Positions 30,490 through 37,972 of a stretch of 64,000 nt of DNA are shown here, piece by piece. The first letter of the stretch is position 1. The number at the start of each line of letters is the position of its first letter. Made by a program: the position numbers and the translations under genes. The notes beneath the pieces are model-generated. The model searched no databases and had not been told where the DNA came from. It saw only the letters and a program-made list of their open reading frames with translations. Origin of the DNA: an uncultured Poribacteria bacterium (GTDB lineage Bacteria; Poribacteria; WGA-4E; WGA-3G). The DNA lies in contig OX639973.1 in assembly GCA_951828385.1 (NCBI GenBank), positions 1,728,470 to 1,792,469 on the forward strand, written 5' to 3'.

Positions 30490-31153
30490 AATTTACGATT
30501 TTTTCTTAGATATAAAAAATAATCCCATGGATTATGTTGGCTGGTCAAGTAACTCCGATTTTGAAAAACAAGTAATAAATCAGTTGGAAACGTTTGGTTA
30601 CTATGAAACTAACTTCAATGAGTTAGGAAATAGCTACAGGACATATTGGCGAGAACTGATAGAAATCGATGACGGAATTATAGAAAACACAACACGATTC
30701 AAGCAAAACTATATTTTTCAACCTTTCGGTACACAAAGCTACCCGGACACCCTGATAATAGACAACAAAACCGTGTTGTGTTTAGAGTTAAAATCCAGTA
30801 AGGGCACAAGACCTGTTTGGAATTCTGGATTGCCTAAGGCAAATGGTATATATGCATTCGGATCCTATGTCAAAAAGGATATTACATTTTTTAGAGGTTG
30901 CGATATACTCAATGATGAAGATAGGAAACGACTCTCAGGATTCTTTGAAAACGCAATGAAAAATGCTGAATCATTTAATCAGGAATACATGTCAAACCAA
31001 GAATTCGGTTTTGGCGTGTATGCGAGAAAAATGTATCAAAATCAACGAACATACAATTCTAAAGCTATTATTAACTTTTTTCAAAATCATAGACGATACG
31101 ATTTAGAAAGGCAAGTATTAGAATATTGCAAAGGATTACAGGATTCTGACTAA
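30482..31153 (+). CDS. Putative Type II restriction endonuclease (PD-(D/E)xK)
   Basis: The ATG at 30482 overlaps the MTase stop (tATGAGTAG). SYPDTLIIDNKTVLCLELKSSKG gives the PD...(E)xK nuclease motif. AT-rich like the MTase. Confidence 0.5.
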   Translation: MSRIYDFFLDIKNNPMDYVGWSSNSDFEKQVINQLETFGYYETNFNELGNSYRTYWRELIEIDDGIIENTTRFKQNYIFQPFGTQSYPDTLIIDNKTVLCLELKSSKGTRPVWNSGLPKANGIYAFGSYVKKDITFFRGCDILNDEDRKRLSGFFENAMKNAESFNQEYMSNQEFGFGVYARKMYQNQRTYNSKAIINFFQNHRRYDLERQVLEYCKGLQDSD

Positions 31154-31213
31154 CAGAATTAACCTGATGTCCGAAAATAAAAGGAAACCTTGCACTTCTA
31201 CACGGAGAGGCAG

Positions 31214-32203
31214 TCAATGCAATCCTGCTGCCCGCAGCACCGTTTCCTGAACTGTGAACTCATGATCAAGCGAACGATCAGGGGATTTCTCGCCCCGAAT
31301 ATCAGCGACAAACGCTCGAAGGCTGTCGACGTAACGTGGTCGCCGCTCCACAGGCACTGTCTGCCAACCTTTCGCATACCCATCCCGTTCTTCGTCAAGA
31401 CATAATCGCAATGCTGGCGGTTCGAGCGGTTCAAGAATTGCGCTGCCGCGTGTCCCGTAGACTTCCAATCGCCTTGCTTTACCCGAATCAATTTCCAACG
31501 CCGTTGACTCAAGAATCGCCAATGCTCTCGGATATTCAAGGACAGCAGCGGTATTGTTTCGATACCACGGCACGTCATGTCCATCGTGCCTTGAAAAGGG
31601 TGTCACTCGTGTCGGTCGTCCCAGCAAGGCAACGATAATATCGGTGAGATGGCAGGCAAGGATGAACATAATGCCCCCGGAGTGTTCACCGAGCGAATCC
31701 CAGCGTTGCCAGTGGGCTTCGCTTGAAAGACTTGATGAAATTCTTGCCCGAACGGAAAAAATGTCACCGAGTTTGCCGGAGTTCGCCCAATCAAGGATAA
31801 ACTGAAAGCCAGCGTTGTATCGGAACATATAGCCGAGTTGAACGAGCAGATTTTTGTCGCGGGCAATATCTAAAACCTCTTGAAACGTATCCAAGTTATC
31901 ACCCGCAGGTTTGTCAAACCAAACATGCTTGCCGTGTTCAAGAATCTCCCGTGCAAAGGTGAGATTCTGTGACACACGTCCCTGCGCCGCGACCCCAACG
32001 ATTGTTTCATCATCAAGCATCTCTTCTTTGGACGTAAACCAGTGAACGCCATCATAGACTGAGCTTTGACCAAGGGTAGCTCGGACTTCCGCTAACGGTT
32101 CAAAAACACCGGCAAAGTCGATCTCATCACTTTCCTTCATCACGTTGGCTTTCCCTGAAGCGTGGTCGTGGGAAATACCGTATTGTGCAAGTCTCATTTT
32201 CAC
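31214..32203 (-). CDS. Gfo/Idh/MocA family oxidoreductase
   Basis: N-terminal Rossmann region (MRLAQYGISHDHASGKA...) and the family-typical EKPxA-like segment WFDKPAGDN plus the C-terminal alpha/beta domain. Confidence 0.7.
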   Translation of the reverse strand: MKMRLAQYGISHDHASGKANVMKESDEIDFAGVFEPLAEVRATLGQSSVYDGVHWFTSKEEMLDDETIVGVAAQGRVSQNLTFAREILEHGKHVWFDKPAGDNLDTFQEVLDIARDKNLLVQLGYMFRYNAGFQFILDWANSGKLGDIFSVRARISSSLSSEAHWQRWDSLGEHSGGIMFILACHLTDIIVALLGRPTRVTPFSRHDGHDVPWYRNNTAAVLEYPRALAILESTALEIDSGKARRLEVYGTRGSAILEPLEPPALRLCLDEERDGYAKGWQTVPVERRPRYVDSLRAFVADIRGEKSPDRSLDHEFTVQETVLRAAGLH

Positions 32204-32437
32204 GTCTTTTCTCCTTTTTGAAATCTATAATTGCCAAAAACATTGGGTAAAGTGTCACATGATTCTATCACATAATCCGCATTGTCTGATAGAAAAAATG
32301 AATGCAATTACCACACCGATCAAAGCAGCGGAATTGGAACACGCCGATTTTTCTTGATTTAAGGGTGGCACGGCTATTAAAATAGAGACACCTATTACGA
32401 CACTTTTGCTAATTTTATAGCCCATAAATAAGTGGGC

Positions 32438-32539
32438 ATCTTTGTAGCATAGGAGACCGTTAGCCTGTGCCAGTCTGAATGCCTGTTATAGGTATTCAAA
32501 CTGTTTGAGAGTTCCCAATTAACTATAGGTTTTACTATA
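32438..32539 (+). repeat. REP-like element, variant head (tctttgtagcataggagaccgttagcctgtgc) plus standard second hairpin
   Basis: Seen directly. Ends ...aactataggttttactata. Confidence 0.7.
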
Positions 32540-32575
32540 ATACGAGTAACGCGAAATAGAAAAGGAGACAAGAAA

Positions 32576-33409
32576 ATGAAAAGATATTTCTGGATACTCA
32601 CGGTTCTTGCGTTTTGTGTTGTAACTTTCGAGGCAACCGCGCAAGTGACGAAAGGCTTACACTTTTACCTACCGTTCAACGAAGGAAAAGGCGATATTGC
32701 CAAAGATGTCGGTCCGAAAGGGTTTGAAGCCGAACTCCACGACAGCGCGAAATTCGTTGCAAAAGGCAAAGTCGGCGGCGCGATAGAATTTTCGGGAGGA
32801 CCTGCATGGATAAAAGATCCGGGTGGACAGAGCGAAGTCTATGTCGAACATCTGACCGTTGCGGTCTGGATACACCCTTTTGAAATATCCAATGTCGCTC
32901 TCGGCAATGGACACGTCTATGGGAATATCTTTTACGATAAGTCTGGGGCAAGCGATGATAATGTCGAATTTGGACTCGGTAGCGGTGAAGGATTGTATTG
33001 GTATATCAATTCTGGGAAAAAAGATATGGGACCCTTTAATGGTGCCGATGTCGATACAACGGTTTCACTGCCGAATTTAGGTTTAAAACCGAATAATTGG
33101 TATCATGTCGTTGGCACTTTTGATGACGAAAACCTTAAAATCTACCTTGACGGGGAACTTGTGGGTGAGAAAGCGACCCCAAAGAACGCTCCCGTGATGG
33201 TCTGGAACGACAACAACATCGAAATCGGCGGACGACCTGATACGAACAATGGTGCTAATCTCTACAAAGGTTTGCTCGATGAATTGGCGGTATACGATCG
33301 CGCATTAACCGCAGCAGAGGTAGAAACAGTCATGAACGCCAGAGACATCCTAACCGTAGATATTGCAGGTAAATTAACAACAACATGGGGTGCACTCAAG
33401 ACAAGGTAG
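32576..33409 (+). CDS. Secreted LamG-like (LamG_3) domain protein with C-terminal AGKLTTTWGALK motif
   Basis: Signal peptide ILTVLAFCVVTFEATA. LHFYLPFNEGKGDIAKDVGPKGFEAELHDSAKFVAKGKVGGAIEFSGG matches the LamG_3 N-terminal pattern. The C-terminus parallels 5864..6661. Confidence 0.7.
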   Translation: MKRYFWILTVLAFCVVTFEATAQVTKGLHFYLPFNEGKGDIAKDVGPKGFEAELHDSAKFVAKGKVGGAIEFSGGPAWIKDPGGQSEVYVEHLTVAVWIHPFEISNVALGNGHVYGNIFYDKSGASDDNVEFGLGSGEGLYWYINSGKKDMGPFNGADVDTTVSLPNLGLKPNNWYHVVGTFDDENLKIYLDGELVGEKATPKNAPVMVWNDNNIEIGGRPDTNNGANLYKGLLDELAVYDRALTAAEVETVMNARDILTVDIAGKLTTTWGALKTR

Positions 33410-33412
33410 TAG

Positions 33413-33429
33413 GCACGCTCCGCGTGCCG
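33413..33429 (+). terminator. Hairpin ggcacgc-tcc-gcgtgcc, identical to the one at 25713
   Basis: Immediately after the stop codon of 32576..33409. Confidence 0.45.
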
Positions 33430-33484
33430 TACACAACCCATCCAAAACAGTAGGTGCGGTTTTGCGGTCTACTCGCCTGCCCCT

Positions 33485-33865
33485 TTACCGCAGGATAAAT
33501 AATCCCGCATTTGCGTTCCTCGCAAATTCTTTAATATCAGCGAAATGCCTTCTCAAATTGTATTCGACAGTGCTTGTAGCACAATTCCCTATCTTGACCC
33601 AAATAACTTTTGGCGGATAACCGTGAATAACACTCCTATTCCTAAAGTCTGTATCCTTTGAAACGATGAGATAGTCGTTATCACGAGCGTAATTCCATAA
33701 CTCGGTATCCGCTGCCGTATTTAACCCTATCGTTTTGACATGGGTGGAATTAGGAAACAGGTCCGTCAGCAGTGTCACCAGTTGGTCGGATAGGTTCTGA
33801 TCGAATAGAAGTTTTATCTGTGTAAACGACCATCTGCGTTTTTTCCTTGTCCGCAGCGTAAGCAA
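33485..33865 (-). CDS. DUF5615 (PIN-like, Mut7-C type) toxin-like protein. The start codon is uncertain.
   Basis: IKLLFDQNLSDQLVTLL...LIVSKDTDF matches the DUF5615 N-terminus (consensus MKLLLDENLS). There is no in-frame ATG. The ORF-track start is a TTG lying 116 bp inside the upstream DUF433 frame. Confidence 0.5.
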   Translation of the reverse strand: MLTLRTRKKRRWSFTQIKLLFDQNLSDQLVTLLTDLFPNSTHVKTIGLNTAADTELWNYARDNDYLIVSKDTDFRNRSVIHGYPPKVIWVKIGNCATSTVEYNLRRHFADIKEFARNANAGLFILR

Positions 33866-34052
33866 AACAGGCGCGAATATCTGTCTCGGTTAACTCGGGA
33901 AAATCGTGAAGCACTTCCGCAACTGTCATACCGGATGCCAAGTATTCAAAGACATCGTAAACAGTGATCCGCATTCCCCGAATACACGGCTGCCCACTGC
34001 GTTTCCCCGGTTCAATGGTAATAATGTCTCTATAGTCGTTCATGGTGTTCAC
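33750..34052 (-). CDS. DUF433 antitoxin-like protein
   Basis: RDIITIEPGKRSGQPCIRGMRITVYDVFEYLASGMTVAEVLHDFPELTETDIRACFAYAA matches the DUF433 consensus. The 25-aa C-terminal extension probably reflects read-through into the overlap. Confidence 0.6.
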   Translation of the reverse strand: MNTMNDYRDIITIEPGKRSGQPCIRGMRITVYDVFEYLASGMTVAEVLHDFPELTETDIRACFAYAADKEKTQMVVYTDKTSIRSEPIRPTGDTADGPVS

Positions 34053-34084
34053 CTCTTCCTATAAATATAGGACTTACGCATACT

Positions 34085-34120
34085 GGTCTTTTGTAGCATA
34101 GGCTGTTAGCCTGTGCCAAG
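34085..34120 (+). repeat. REP head fragment (tcttttgtagcataggctgttagcctgtgc) without second hairpin
   Basis: Seen directly. It is followed by a 16-bp string catctgcgttttttcc that also occurs at 33831-33846. Confidence 0.5.
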
Positions 34121-34295
34121 AGAACATCTGCGTTTTTTCCAAGCACCTCATTTACCAGTGTGTGCTTAAAATCAAAATTGCGTAAGTCCTAAAATAGTTG
34201 AAAAAAATATATCACAACTCGCGTCGGTTATCAACGGTTTTAGTAGGAAATTTCAGGGCTATTTAGTTCTCGGTTTTTCGTTACCCTATTATGTG

Positions 34296-34733
34296 TCACT
34301 TTAGCGGAATATCGTACTCGACAAGGGGCAGTCTTTCCCATTCCCGCCATTCCGGATCGTTTTCGTAGAAATCCGCCATCTCCTTCGCTTGTTCGCTTAG
34401 GATACGGTTTCTCTCCGCCTTTGGTAATTGCAGAAACTTACGACGTTCACTAAGGGGTTTATCAGTAGACGGATCCATCGGCTGATTAAGAAGGGGTTCG
34501 GCTTCTGTATCACAAGTCGACTCACCCCACAGTTGGGCGGACTTAATTCCAAGGGCGGAAGCAATTCGATTAAGGACTCTCGCTGTCGGTTGAAGTTTCC
34601 CATGCTCATACTTCGACAACGTCTGACGGCTAACCGACCTATCAATTGCATCCTCCAAGTCCCCGAGTGACATACCACGAGCAAGTCTAAATCTTCTCAG
34701 TGGTTCTCCTACCATGATTACAATACCCTTCAT
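34296..34733 (-). CDS. XRE-family helix-turn-helix transcriptional regulator
   Basis: LRRFRLARGMSLGDLEDAIDRSVSRQTLSKYEHGKLQPTARVLNRIASALGI is a typical HTH_3 domain. Starts 2 nt after the Panacea-gene stop. Confidence 0.7.
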   Translation of the reverse strand: MKGIVIMVGEPLRRFRLARGMSLGDLEDAIDRSVSRQTLSKYEHGKLQPTARVLNRIASALGIKSAQLWGESTCDTEAEPLLNQPMDPSTDKPLSERRKFLQLPKAERNRILSEQAKEMADFYENDPEWREWERLPLVEYDIPLK

Positions 34734-34735
34734 TT

Positions 34736-35305
34736 TTAGAACGGAATATGATCAGATTCATCGGTTGTTATCCGCTTTAGAAAGGAGAGGACGCTTTTGA
34801 TATCCTTTGTACTCACGTCCCAGCCGTACTCTTTAGCAATCTGCTGAACCTGTGTGAGTGTGAGCGTTCCGTTCCGTTCCCAGCTGACAATGTAATAGAC
34901 CTTTGCCGCAATAGAGAGTATGTTAAAGTGTTTAGAGATAGGCTGTTCGTTTATCCGATTTATAGCATTTTGCCATTCCAAAAACTGAGGTTTCTGCTGA
35001 ATGTCCTCCCAGACTGGCTCAACATTATCGGGAACAGAATAAGTATGCCGGCGGATTTCACCAAAAACATTCTGATCATTTGAAAAGGACTCTGTCACTT
35101 CTTTAAGTAACCCACAGTTTACCAAACTATCTAAGTGGCTTGCAACGTAACTACTGTAGGGCCCATAATAATGTGGCGAGAACCCTAAATCAAACTTCAT
35201 CAGGACTGATAAAAAATAAACCTTCTTCTGCAGAAGCGTTCTGCCGCGCAGTCCATTTTCGCCTTCACTCTTCACAACGAGGAGAAGGATGTCAATAATG
35301 TGCAT
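34736..35305 (-). CDS. Panacea-domain (DUF4065, SocA/PanA-like) protein
   Basis: LQKKVYFLSVLMKFDLGFSPHYYGPYSSYVASHLDSL fits the DUF4065 core (LQKLLYF....F.A...GP). The ATG at 35305 (MHIIDI) has an AAGGAGG SD 4-5 nt upstream and lies 11 nt after the HD-gene stop. The ORF-track start at 35329 lacks an SD. Confidence 0.6.
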   Translation of the reverse strand: MHIIDILLLVVKSEGENGLRGRTLLQKKVYFLSVLMKFDLGFSPHYYGPYSSYVASHLDSLVNCGLLKEVTESFSNDQNVFGEIRRHTYSVPDNVEPVWEDIQQKPQFLEWQNAINRINEQPISKHFNILSIAAKVYYIVSWERNGTLTLTQVQQIAKEYGWDVSTKDIKSVLSFLKRITTDESDHIPF

Positions 35306-35316
35306 GTTGCCTCCTT

Positions 35317-36690
35317 TTAGACAGAACACAAAATGTTTTGAATGTCAGCCTCAAGTTCGGAAGGAGCTTTCTGTTTTTTGGACAGATTCCAATCATCGGG
35401 CGAGGCATAAACTTGTACCGTTTCTAAAGAAGCATCGTCGCCAGGGGGACGTACGAAAGATAGTTCACTTGCATAATACCCAATACGCCTTAGTACATCA
35501 TACTTCTCGTCAAGAATTTCGATCGATTCTGGATTTAGAATTTTGCTCCGCCTTCCATAGTCAGGGTTCCGAATCTGACGCTTATGGACAATCACATCGG
35601 TAGCGTCAATTTCGAGATAATGTGCGATCTTTTGCTCCCATTGCTGCTTTTGGGCATCCGCCATTTCAAGTAGTCTTGGTAGACTCCTTGCATCTTCAAC
35701 TTCTTTAAGTGGCAATTCGGCGATCTTTTTGAAAAGTTTTCTGTGGTAAAGTCGATTGAAAATTTCACATGCTTTCTCTTGTTTGCAGTGCCTCAAAATG
35801 TCAATCACCTTTTCGTCGTGATAATTTAGATACCTCTGAATGAAGTTTTCTTTATCATTTTCATCGTATTGATAGAGTTCTTTCATGTCAGAATTGCCGC
35901 TTTCAATTGCAAGCGTAATCCCACGGATAATCATCTGGTTGGAAATCAAACTGACTTTGTGCCAATAGACCTGCTGTGTCATGTGATAGCGCGCAAGCAG
36001 GAGTTGTTCAAGAGCATAAATTCCTGCACTACTCATAACAAGGGAGGTTGTGTTTCTATCCTTATCAATACGGCAGGATTCAATTATTTGTTCCAAATCG
36101 TACTGTCCATACTTGACACCGGCGAAATAGGAATCTCGCAGGAGATAATCCATTTTATCGGCATCAAGTTCACTGGAGATAACGTTACGCCGCCAATCCC
36201 GCATATCCTTCTCTTTAATCAGCCTAACCACAAATTCCCGTTCATCATCGTCCAGAATAGATCTAATCTTCGGGTCTGTTTCGATTATATCAACCGTGAT
36301 CTGTTCGTGTATTTTTTCCCGTGTTTCACCGATACCAGTCTGATCGCGAGCGTACTTTTCTAAGAGATCTTCAGAAACATGACTGAACGGCCCATGCCCA
36401 ATATCATGGATCAACGCAGCCAAGCGCATTAAGTCAACATCTCGATCATTTACGTCATTAGATCCCAACTCTTTGAGCCTGGAACAAATTCTCCCGACAA
36501 TGTGCATCACCCCAATTGAATGATCAAAGCGAGTATGCAAGGCCCCTGGATACACCAAAAACGTCATCGCCAACTGTCGGATCCGACGAAGCCGTTGAAA
36601 AGCCTTTGTGTTAATCAGTTTGACCTCTTTTTCTGAAAGTTCAATGAGCCCGTGAATCGGATCCCGGACTCGATATCTTCGTTCTGTCAT
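35317..36690 (-). CDS. HD-domain phosphohydrolase of the SAMHD1/dGTPase-like dNTP triphosphohydrolase family (COG1078)
   Basis: VRDPIHGLIELSEKEVKLINTKAFQRLRRIRQL...PGALHTRFDHSIGVMHI...LIHDIGHGPFSH and DADKMDYLLRDSYFAGVKYGQYD are the signature segments of this family. Confidence 0.8.
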   Translation of the reverse strand: MTERRYRVRDPIHGLIELSEKEVKLINTKAFQRLRRIRQLAMTFLVYPGALHTRFDHSIGVMHIVGRICSRLKELGSNDVNDRDVDLMRLAALIHDIGHGPFSHVSEDLLEKYARDQTGIGETREKIHEQITVDIIETDPKIRSILDDDEREFVVRLIKEKDMRDWRRNVISSELDADKMDYLLRDSYFAGVKYGQYDLEQIIESCRIDKDRNTTSLVMSSAGIYALEQLLLARYHMTQQVYWHKVSLISNQMIIRGITLAIESGNSDMKELYQYDENDKENFIQRYLNYHDEKVIDILRHCKQEKACEIFNRLYHRKLFKKIAELPLKEVEDARSLPRLLEMADAQKQQWEQKIAHYLEIDATDVIVHKRQIRNPDYGRRSKILNPESIEILDEKYDVLRRIGYYASELSFVRPPGDDASLETVQVYASPDDWNLSKKQKAPSELEADIQNILCSV

Positions 36691-37100
36691 ATTAAAATTA
36701 TACCATTTTTTGATAAGTAATTCAAATTATTTTCACTAAAATCTGCACAAAGCGTAGATTTATCAAGTTTATATTTGCTGCATCTGGAAACCGGAGAAGG
36801 TATTAACGTTTGCTCCAGCGGAGCAATATGTCTATAGCAGCCAGGAGAACCGGTCCTGCACTCCAGCGGAGTGCTATGTGTCTTGAAAGCATACCCGGAA
36901 ACCTCTGTGGAAACAATGCAGCGTTTCTATGGAATACATTGGGTTTTACTCGCTTTCAAGCAACAGATTGAAAATTGTCCAAAGTTTGGCATGAGTATAT
37001 CAGAGGCGTATTTCATTTTCAAGGGAAAAGCTTGGTGTGGATTGCGCAGAAATGGGTTTGTGTGTTCAGGGTTTGTTTTCTAAATGGCAGTTTCTTGACT

Positions 37101-37150
37101 ATCTGAATCGCGGATTATCACGGATGACACAGATTTCGCGGATTGATACT
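37101..37150 (+). repeat. Copy A of a 45-bp direct-repeat-containing motif tgaatcgcggatt.tcacggatgacacagatttcgcggattg
   Basis: Two further copies at 37791-37835 and 37868-37912. Confidence 0.6.
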
Positions 37151-37245
37151 CTATAACATCATGTAATCCGATAAAAGGATAGTTTTTACTTTACTGCTGT
37201 GTCTACAAGGGAATTAGCATTGCGGCAATGTCTTCCGGGAGTTTA
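37150..37245 (-). pseudogene. Orphan duplicate of the 3' end of a TIR-TPR-like gene (encodes ...LPEDIAAMLIPL*)
   Basis: About 85 bp closely similar to 37935-38020, the last codons of 37973..39694 (...LPADIAALLTPSQT*) plus downstream sequence. No upstream gene body. Confidence 0.45.
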
Positions 37246-37442
37246 AATTATGTTTCTGTTCAACGACCGCAATGCTTGAATATGCCCGGCTGAACGGATT
37301 CTGTTAAGGTAAATGACTTCCTCTGCCCGTTTGCGACCAGAAATCTTCGGCAGCCTGTTGATGGTTTTGATGCAGCCAAAGATGAATTCGCCTAAGGATG
37401 CGCGGCAACCCTATCGCGTCCAGCCCACGCGGCGCGGGTTGA

Positions 37443-37679
37443 TCAAAAGATAAGGTCATCACCACTCACCTCGGACAAGTCAAGTGCCGAGGTATTCCCT
37501 ATTTTGAGTTTCTCGGCATAAATCTCGTCCCATGTCTGTGCAAGGGATGGACGGATTAGGATGCCATCATCTGTTCTTTCAAGCACAACACCCGATTCCA
37601 ACCCCAATTCTTTCACCCAGTCAAGAGGCAATTTGATTTTATAATCAGTTTCCAACGCAAGCGTTTTCATGGTATCCAC
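37443..37679 (-). CDS. AbrB/MazE/SpoVT-like swapped-hairpin DNA-binding protein (antitoxin-like)
   Basis: KIKLPLDWVKELGLESGVVLERTDDGILIRP resembles the AbrB/MazE-type beta-barrel. No adjacent toxin gene. Confidence 0.5.
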   Translation of the reverse strand: MDTMKTLALETDYKIKLPLDWVKELGLESGVVLERTDDGILIRPSLAQTWDEIYAEKLKIGNTSALDLSEVSGDDLIF

Positions 37680-37790
37680 CTTTTCCTACAAATAGTTAAG
37701 AAAGTATACCACAACTCGCGTCGGTTATCAACGGTTTTAGTGGCAAATTTCTAATTGGCGGGGTGAGGAGTTGGCGTTTTCTTGTTATCT

Positions 37791-37912
37791 GAATCGCGGA
37801 TTAGCACGGATGACACAGATTTCGCGGATTTTAAGAGTAACTCTGTTCGTAGTTGCGCAATTCATTGCGTCTCTTGTCAGAATCGCGGATTTTCGCGGAT
37901 GACACAGATTTC
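37791..37912 (+). repeat. Copies B and C of the cgcggatt...cacagatttcgcggatt motif, in tandem 33 bp apart
   Basis: Seen directly. They lie between the AbrB-like gene and the 3' end of the TIR-TPR gene. Confidence 0.6.
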
Positions 37913-37972
37913 GCGGATTGGCACTCTGTAACATCAAGTAATCTACTAAAAGCACAGTTTTTTGTTTTGCTG

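Noticed and set aside
31198-31866. Several 80-130-aa ORFs on both strands at 31.2-31.9 kb
   Set aside because: All lie within or antisense to the Gfo/Idh/MocA gene 31214..32203, which has the expected family motifs.
36871-37083. 70-aa ORF in the HD-operon upstream region
   Set aside because: No SD, and it overlaps the twin-hairpin motif region. The composition is unremarkable, and it may be non-coding.
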